Positions 1-4,421 of a stretch of 4,421 bases of DNA are shown here, piece by piece. The stretch lies in IMG/VR virus record IMGVR_UViG_2537562020_000009; one strand, 5' to 3'. A program made the position numbers and the translations under genes. The stretch's first letter is position 1. Each line of letters begins with the position of its first letter. The notes under the pieces are model-generated. The model was given only the letters and a program-made list of their open reading frames with translations, had not been told where the DNA came from and made no database searches. The DNA comes from a virus (Duplodnaviria > Heunggongvirae > Uroviricota > Caudoviricetes).

Positions 1-1
1 A

Positions 2-307
2 CGGAGGACAGTTGTGGCGCACGTTTTCGGTGAACGCACTCTGGCCACACTGGCGCGTCTTCTGAGCCTGCTGTCGGCCTTTGAGGTCGTGGTATGGATG
101 ACGGATGGCTGGCCGCTGTATGAATCACGCCTGAAGGGAAAGCTGCACGTTATCAGCAAGCGTTACACTCAGCGCATTGAGCGACATAATCTGAATCTGA
201 GACAACATCTGGCAAGGCTGGGACGGAAGTCACTGTCGTTCTCAAAATCGGTGGAGCTGCATGACAAGGTCATCGGGCATTATCTGAACATAAAACACTA
301 TCAGTAA
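2..307 (+). CDS. insB: IS1 transposase InsB, C-terminal part (5' end outside window)
   Basis: The translation (...[70 protein letters not shown]) is the recognisable InsB C-terminus. The frame is open from the window edge and the TAA stop at 305-307 lies inside the terminal repeat, as in IS1. Confidence 0.9.
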   Translation, partial: RRTVVAHVFGERTLATLARLLSLLSAFEVVVWMTDGWPLYESRLKGKLHVISKRYTQRIERHNLNLRQHLARLGRKSLSFSKSVELHDKVIGHYLNIKHYQ

Positions 308-322
308 GTTGGAGTCACTACC
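300..322. repeat. IS1 terminal inverted repeat (insB-proximal end) of the left copy
   Basis: The reverse complement ggtagtgactccaacttactgat matches the IS1 end motif and pairs with 4101-4123 (ggtaatgactccaacttattgat) in inverted orientation. Confidence 0.85.
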
Positions 323-343
323 CCGCGATTTGAACGAGAAGGT

Positions 344-1393
344 TTGCTGATTGAAGGACAGAGAACAAACTATTTCAGAAATTCAAATACACCAGAAGCA
401 TGGAATAACACGGGTAGTGTGTCTGTTGAGTCGTTCGACAGTGATAAGGGGTTTAACTATGGAAGGATAACTGTTATTAATGAAAATCCGACAGCACAAG
501 GATATCAGGCAATTGCTGTAAACACGAATGATGCTTACACCTGCCCGGCAGGTTCTTATACGACGATATCGTGTCTGACGAAAAGTGATAATTCCCGGTG
601 TCGTGCAAGGTTCGGAAAAATGTCTGATAATGGTGCGTTTGTTTTTCATTCAGATGCAGTTCTGGATCCTGTTACGGGAAATGTTGTTCATGGAAATAAT
701 GTGACGGTGACGGCAGAAAGAGTCGGTGAATGGTGGTTGTTTACCGCCACTCTTTTTGCAGATGCGGAAATGATAATCAGCTCAAGATTTGAAATCCTGG
801 CGATGCCTGGAATCAGTATTATCCCCAATGGCTCTACGTTAGATATTGCGATGCCTCAGGCGGAGATTGGGTCGTACAGGACGTCATTTATCATTACTGA
901 AGGGGCTCCTGGCACTCGCTCCAGCGACATGGTGACAATACCTGTAAGAAACAATATTCACCGATTACCATTCAGTGCTCTTGTTGAAGTTAATAAAAAC
1001 TGGGATATCCCTCCCAGCAAATCACCATTAATCTTTAATGTTAAAGATTATCAGGAAAATGGTCTGTTCACGCATGGATTCCGTGGTAATAATTTCTCTG
1101 ATGCCGGTTCTCCTTTTATTTCTATGGGAGGGTGTAATAAATATGTGGCAACAACCCAGAGGAAAATCATTTCAGGCTTCCGTTGTGGCGCTGATGGAGA
1201 TGTTCAGGCCGTATGTAATGGTGAATTATCTGTTGCGGCAAAAACAACATGGACTTCAATTGTTCCACGGGCAGTATTGCGAATTGGAGGGCAGGGCACT
1301 AATGGGGAGTATCATCTTTTTGGTCATATCCGTAATCTGCGTATCTGGCATAAAGAATTAACTGATGCGCAAATGGGGGAGAGTATTAAATGA
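344..1393 (+). CDS. Putative phage tail-fibre / receptor-binding protein, C-terminal portion; 5' end apparently truncated by the IS1 insertion (frame open back to 323, first usable start is TTG at 344)
   Basis: The 349-aa ORF is in frame with no stop all the way back to the IS1 boundary at 323, has no ATG near its 5' end, and its N-terminal sequence reads like protein interior. Its C-terminus (...LRIGGQGTNGEYHLFGHIRNLRIWHKELTDAQMGE) resembles a lectin-like (LamG / concanavalin-A-type) distal domain as found in phage receptor-binding proteins. It is followed by translationally coupled tail-fibre-type genes. The family assignment is from pattern recognition only. Confidence 0.5.
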   Translation: MLIEGQRTNYFRNSNTPEAWNNTGSVSVESFDSDKGFNYGRITVINENPTAQGYQAIAVNTNDAYTCPAGSYTTISCLTKSDNSRCRARFGKMSDNGAFVFHSDAVLDPVTGNVVHGNNVTVTAERVGEWWLFTATLFADAEMIISSRFEILAMPGISIIPNGSTLDIAMPQAEIGSYRTSFIITEGAPGTRSSDMVTIPVRNNIHRLPFSALVEVNKNWDIPPSKSPLIFNVKDYQENGLFTHGFRGNNFSDAGSPFISMGGCNKYVATTQRKIISGFRCGADGDVQAVCNGELSVAAKTTWTSIVPRAVLRIGGQGTNGEYHLFGHIRNLRIWHKELTDAQMGESIK

Positions 1394-1671
1394 AAGATTT
1401 AACACTCAAATTTGCAGACAGGGCCGACTTTTCGGCCTTTATGGAGAGTATTGGCTATTATGATGACGAGTCGATGCAGGATGATATTCTTATTGACGTG
1501 ATAGGTAACGTGTACAAAGAAACCGGAGAACTGACTGAAGATGGCGAACCGGTATGTGTTAAGGAAGACGGATATTTTGTAAACGTGCGCATCATTAATG
1601 ATGTAAAAAAATCGTCAATATTCGATAAATACGCGGTTGTTGTTGAGCATCAACTTCGTGGCTGGATGTGA
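1390..1671 (+). CDS. Small acidic hypothetical protein (93 aa), phage-associated
   Basis: Its ATG overlaps the upstream stop (ATGA at 1390-1393) and a G-rich Shine-Dalgarno (gggggag, 1376-1383) precedes it. Composition is strongly acidic (about 20 D/E against 10 K/R by count). I recognise no family. Confidence 0.55.
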   Translation: MKDLTLKFADRADFSAFMESIGYYDDESMQDDILIDVIGNVYKETGELTEDGEPVCVKEDGYFVNVRIINDVKKSSIFDKYAVVVEHQLRGWM

Positions 1672-1680
1672 GGGAGACAA

Positions 1681-2385
1681 ATGGCTACATCGACAGTAAT
1701 TCCAGGAGATATCACCACGCTAAAGGGAGATGTCAGTAAAACTAAGGAAGATATTTCCTCAATTAACGGAAAAGTATCAACGCTTCAGACTGATATGACC
1801 AGTGCAAAGCAGGATATCAGCACCAGATACACAAAAACTGAAGTTGATAATAAGCTGAAAAACAAACTGGAAGTGAACGATCTGGAAAGCGGTCGTTATG
1901 GTGGAGATTTTTACCCGTTGACTGGCCGTGAAGCGTTTTATATGTGGGGATTGGGCACGACTACAGCGGCGGCAAACCTTTATCTTAATCCTGACCCTGC
2001 AATTTCGTCTGTACTGCGGTCAACATCGTCTATTCGCTATAAACATTCAGTAGAGACGATAGATTCAGAGCACGCCGATCTCATTTTCAGGATGCGCCCT
2101 GTGTGGTACAGGTCGCAATGCGAAAATGACAGGCGTGACTGGGGATTCTACGGATTGATTGCCGAGGAAGTAGGAGAAATTGCCCCTCAGTTTGTACACT
2201 GGCGACCAGCTAACGAAGATGATGCTCCTGAAGCTATTTCCAGCAATGGCCTTGTTGCCGAAGGTGTAATGTACGAACGTCTGGTTGTTCCACTGATTCA
2301 CCATATCCAGAAGCTGACTGAAAGAGTTGATGAACTTGAGTCAGAATTAAAGTTGTTATCCGTTTCCCGAAGCGATATCGGATAA
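1681..2385 (+). CDS. Short tail-fibre-domain protein with C-terminal intramolecular chaperone / autoproteolytic domain (peptidase S74-like)
   Basis: The C-terminal ~120 aa show the characteristic pattern of endosialidase / T5 L-shaped-fibre chaperone domains: S-I-R-Y-K-H-S-V-E-T-I-D (Ser/Lys region), then DLIFRMRPVWYR, then GLIAEEVGEIAPQFV, then GVMYERLVVPLIHHIQKLTERVDELESEL. The N-terminal ~60 aa are a low-complexity repetitive S/T/K/D segment (DITTLKGDVSKTKEDISSINGKVSTLQTDMTSAKQDIS). An AGGGAG Shine-Dalgarno lies at 1671-1676. Confidence 0.7.
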   Translation: MATSTVIPGDITTLKGDVSKTKEDISSINGKVSTLQTDMTSAKQDISTRYTKTEVDNKLKNKLEVNDLESGRYGGDFYPLTGREAFYMWGLGTTTAAANLYLNPDPAISSVLRSTSSIRYKHSVETIDSEHADLIFRMRPVWYRSQCENDRRDWGFYGLIAEEVGEIAPQFVHWRPANEDDAPEAISSNGLVAEGVMYERLVVPLIHHIQKLTERVDELESELKLLSVSRSDIG

Positions 2386-2395
2386 AGGAGGAGTA

Positions 2396-2689
2396 ATGGA
2401 TATAACACCTTTCCTTCATGCGCTTTGTGCTGTGGCTGCGCAGCTACTGATTGGTCTTTTTACCGGGAACTGGGCTTACGGGGCGATAGCCGGTTGTACG
2501 TTCTTCATTGCGCGTGAACACACCCAGGCAGAATATCGCTGGATCGAAATGTTCGGGCATGGCAAGCGAATGAATATGCCGTGGTGGGGCGGTTTTGATA
2601 CACGTGCATGGGATGTGGCAAGCCTGATGGATTTTGCTGTGCCGGTGGTGGCGTGTCTGCTGGTCTGGCTGTTGGTTAATCGTGGGTGA
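2396..2689 (+). CDS. Small hydrophobic (2-3 predicted transmembrane segments) membrane protein, 97 aa; function unknown
   Basis: A strong Shine-Dalgarno (AAGGAGG, 2385-2391) sits 4 nt upstream of the ATG. Two long hydrophobic stretches (LHALCAVAAQLLIGLFTGNWAYGAIAGCTFFIA and VASLMDFAVPVVACLLVWLLV) flank a charged, aromatic-rich loop. It is preferred over the antisense ORFs at 2444-2790, which lack such signals. Confidence 0.6.
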   Translation: MDITPFLHALCAVAAQLLIGLFTGNWAYGAIAGCTFFIAREHTQAEYRWIEMFGHGKRMNMPWWGGFDTRAWDVASLMDFAVPVVACLLVWLLVNRG

Positions 2690-2820
2690 AAAAAGGTGAG
2701 CTGTATATGCAACGGAGGAAGAAAACTCGTTGCTGGAAGCCTGGAAAAAGTATCGGGTGCTGCTAAACCGTGTGGACACTTCCGTAGCACCAGATATCGA
2801 GTGGCTTATTCAACCATAAT

Positions 2821-3364
2821 AAACAGTATGTATATCATAGGTTATTAATTGTGAGTTTTTTCGGTGTGTTATTTGTTTGTTTGATGTTATGCTTTTGCGC
2901 CCCAAAAGGTTGTTTAGATGTATTTTATCAATTGATTTTCAATGTCGTTTAATAAAGAAAAATTAAGCAAGCTGGATGTTGGTTTTTTGTTAATTGAATG
3001 GTTCTAATAATGTTTTTTTACTGTTGTTGAATGTGACTTGATAAGAAATGCAAGTAAAAATGATACTCTTTTTATTTTAAATTCAAACGGTTGACATATA
3101 TATAGCAAGAGGTTTCAGGTGCGTTGTAGTGAGTTTATGTTAATAAAAAGTATAGTAAGCGTTGAAAAATGTAACTTTGAAATACGTTAGAATAAAAAAC
3201 AATATACATATAATAATTTAATCTTAAATGAAATTTATTAAAATTTGCAAACTATAATTTTGTGTATAAAAATATAAATGCACATCATCCTGATTATGAT
3301 TGTGTATTTAATTGGTTGTTATTTGACTGCTATCAACTTGTTTTAATTTTATGATAGGTGCAAG
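2821..3364 (+). promoter_or_regulatory. Extremely AT-rich intergenic regulatory tract upstream of the AraC-family regulator (candidate promoter and nucleoid-protein binding region)
   Basis: Hand count gives 136 G+C in 540 bases (about 25%), with many A/T tracts. Contains a perfect TATAAT at 3209-3214 (weak -35 candidates only), a TTGACA at 3091-3096 without a good -10, an ArcA-box-like 15-mer at 3139-3153 (11/15 to GTTAATTAAATGTTA), and an AGGTG Shine-Dalgarno at 3356-3360 for the downstream gene. Exact promoter positions are not determinable from sequence alone. Confidence 0.45.
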
Positions 3365-4105
3365 ATGGATTATGTTTGCTCCGTAGTTTTCATCTGTCAA
3401 TCATTTGATTTAATTATAAACAGGAGAGTTATCTCGTTCAAAAAAAATTCATTGTTTATTGTAAGCGACAAAATTAGAAGGGAGTTACCAGTATGCCCCT
3501 CTAAACTAAGAATTGTTGATATAGATAAGAAAACATGTTTATCCTTTTTTATCGACGTGAATAATGAGCTGCCTGGCAAATTTACTCTTGATAAGAATGG
3601 CTATATTGCTGAAGAGGAACCTCCATTATCGCTTGTTTTTTCTCTGTTTGAAGGGATTAAAATAGCAGACTCACACTCCCTTTGGTTAAAAGAAAGACTA
3701 TGTATATCCTTACTTGCCATGTTCAAAAAACGCGAAAGTGTAAATTCATTTATACTAACAAATATAAATACATTTACCTGTAAAATTACTGGAATAATCA
3801 GTTTTAATATTGAGCGGCAATGGCATTTAAAAGATATTGCGGAATTGATTTATACGAGTGAAAGTTTAATAAAAAAAAGATTAAGGGATGAAGGAACGTC
3901 ATTTACTGAAATATTGAGAGATACTAGGATGAGGTATGCAAAAAAACTCATAACTTCAAACTCTTATTCTATCAATGTCGTAGCCCAGAAATGTGGCTAT
4001 AACAGTACTTCATATTTCATATGTGCATTTAAAGATTATTATGGTGTCACGCCATCTCATTATTTTGAGAAAATAATCGGCGTCACAGATGGAATAAACA
4101 GGTAA
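3365..4105 (+). CDS. appY: AraC/XylS-family transcriptional activator, AppY-like; the final codon and stop codon are supplied by the adjacent IS1 end
   Basis: The C-terminal ~100 aa form a typical AraC-type double helix-turn-helix region ([44 protein letters not shown]...[29 protein letters not shown]). The N-terminus [21 protein letters not shown] matches my recollection of E. coli AppY. The gene is low-GC with an AGGTG Shine-Dalgarno, and the ORF ends ...GINR-stop, where the AGG codon spans the junction (4100-4102) and TAA (4103-4105) lies inside the IS1 end. Confidence 0.7.
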   Translation: MDYVCSVVFICQSFDLIINRRVISFKKNSLFIVSDKIRRELPVCPSKLRIVDIDKKTCLSFFIDVNNELPGKFTLDKNGYIAEEEPPLSLVFSLFEGIKIADSHSLWLKERLCISLLAMFKKRESVNSFILTNINTFTCKITGIISFNIERQWHLKDIAELIYTSESLIKKRLRDEGTSFTEILRDTRMRYAKKLITSNSYSINVVAQKCGYNSTSYFICAFKDYYGVTPSHYFEKIIGVTDGINR

Positions 4106-4123
4106 TGACTCCAACTTATTGAT
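4101..4123. repeat. IS1 terminal inverted repeat (insB-proximal end) of the right copy
   Basis: ggtaatgactccaacttattgat is the canonical IS1 end sequence, inverted relative to 300-322. Confidence 0.85.
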
Positions 4124-4421
4124 AGTGTTTTATGTTCAGATAATGCCCGATGACTTTGTCATGCAGCTCCACCGATTTTGAGAACGACAGCGACTTCCGT
4201 CCCAGCCGTGCCAGGTGCTGCCTCAGATTCAGGTTATGCCGCTCAATTCGCTGCGTATATCGCTTGCTGATTGCGTGCAGCTTTCCCTTCAGGCGGGATT
4301 CATACAGCGGCCAGCCATCCGTCATCCATATCACCACGTCAAAGGGTGACAGCAGGCTCATAAGACGCCCCAGCGTCGCCATAGTGCGTTCACCGAATAC
4401 GTGCGCAACAACCGTCTTCCG
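4116..4421 (-). CDS. insB: IS1 transposase InsB, C-terminal part (5' end outside window)
   Basis: The minus-strand translation (...[68 protein letters not shown]...NIKHYQ) is InsB. The frame is open to the window edge and the stop lies at 4116-4118. Confidence 0.9.
   Translation of the reverse strand, partial: RKTVVAHVFGERTMATLGRLMSLLSPFDVVIWMTDGWPLYESRLKGKLHAISKRYTQRIERHNLNLRQHLARLGRKSLSFSKSVELHDKVIGHYLNIKHYQ

Larger units (their letters stand above)
1..322 (+). mobile_element. IS1-family insertion sequence, 3' portion (left end lies outside the window); divergent isoform
   Basis: Encodes the C-terminal part of InsB and ends in a 23-bp terminal inverted repeat at 300-322 (atcagtaagttggagtcactacc), whose reverse complement fits the IS1 end pattern. 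It is ~90% identical to the copy at 4101-4421 (31 mismatches in 321 bases, hand alignment). Confidence 0.9.
4101..4421 (-). mobile_element. IS1 insertion sequence, insB-proximal portion (other end outside the window); canonical-type isoform
   Basis: Starts with the canonical IS1 terminal repeat ggtaatgactccaacttattgat (4101-4123) and encodes the InsB C-terminus on the minus strand. Confidence 0.9.

Noticed and set aside
383-649. 88-aa antisense ORF inside the tail-fibre ORF
   Set aside because: It lies opposite a longer, better supported + strand ORF, has no start signals and its translation is Arg/Cys-rich and low-complexity, as expected of antisense reading.
1038-1361. 107-aa ORF on the + strand, in a different frame inside the 349-aa tail-fibre ORF
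   Set aside because: It is entirely nested in the longer ORF, which has the better coding context, and it has no separate ribosome-binding site. Most likely a frame artefact.
2065-2419. Two antisense ORFs (2065-2304 and 2234-2419, minus strand) overlapping the S74-domain gene
   Set aside because: The + strand ORF carries a recognisable conserved domain; the antisense ORFs have no supporting signals.
2707-2766. 19-codon ORF ([19 protein letters not shown]) just downstream of the membrane-protein gene
   Set aside because: Too short and without a convincing ribosome-binding site. It could be a remnant of a longer gene, but there is no evidence for that.
2444-2790. Two overlapping minus-strand ORFs (111 and 104 aa) opposite the 97-aa membrane-protein ORF
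   Set aside because: The + strand ORF has a strong AAGGAGG ribosome-binding site at ideal spacing and a membrane-protein-like hydrophobicity pattern. The minus-strand translations are Pro/Ser/His-rich without signals. Some doubt remains, so a proper search of both would be worthwhile.
2756-2791. Inverted repeat ggtgct...agcacc that might be a transcription terminator after the four-gene block
   Set aside because: The stem is only 6 bp with a 24-nt loop and no following U-run, so it is not a credible intrinsic terminator.
3091-3096. Perfect TTGACA -35 hexamer in the AT-rich tract
   Set aside because: There is no acceptable -10 hexamer at 16-18 bp spacing (the downstream sequence is ttcagg), so it is not annotated as a promoter on its own.
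3397-3579. 60-aa antisense ORF inside the AraC-family regulator gene
   Set aside because: Stop-free antisense frames arise easily by chance in AT-rich genes, and the sense ORF has a clear AraC-type C-terminal domain.
1-4421. Possibility that the window encodes a defence system, CRISPR array, tRNA or other structured RNA
   Set aside because: I found no direct-repeat array, no tRNA-like cloverleaf candidates and no ORFs with nuclease, ATPase or other defence-type motifs. The ORFs are accounted for by IS1, tail-fibre-type genes and one regulator.

Overview
The window is a 3.78-kb segment (323-4100) bracketed by two partial IS1 copies in inverted orientation, with their insB-proximal ends facing inward. 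The two copies are different isoforms: I count 31 mismatches and no indels across the 321 bases visible in both. The interior holds a tightly packed, co-directional block of four phage tail-fibre-type genes on the + strand, then about 540 bp of extremely AT-rich DNA (about 25% GC by hand count), then a low-GC AraC-family regulator that I recognise from memory as AppY-like. The left IS1 cuts off the 5' end of the first tail-fibre ORF, and the right IS1 supplies the last codon and stop of the regulator. I see no tRNA, rRNA or CRISPR array, and no convincing candidate for an undescribed system such as a defence locus. The most notable items are the IS1-bounded mosaic architecture, the IS1-altered 3' end of the regulator and an unusually short protein with a C-terminal S74-type intramolecular-chaperone domain. 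All homology statements are from reading the translations and could not be searched.
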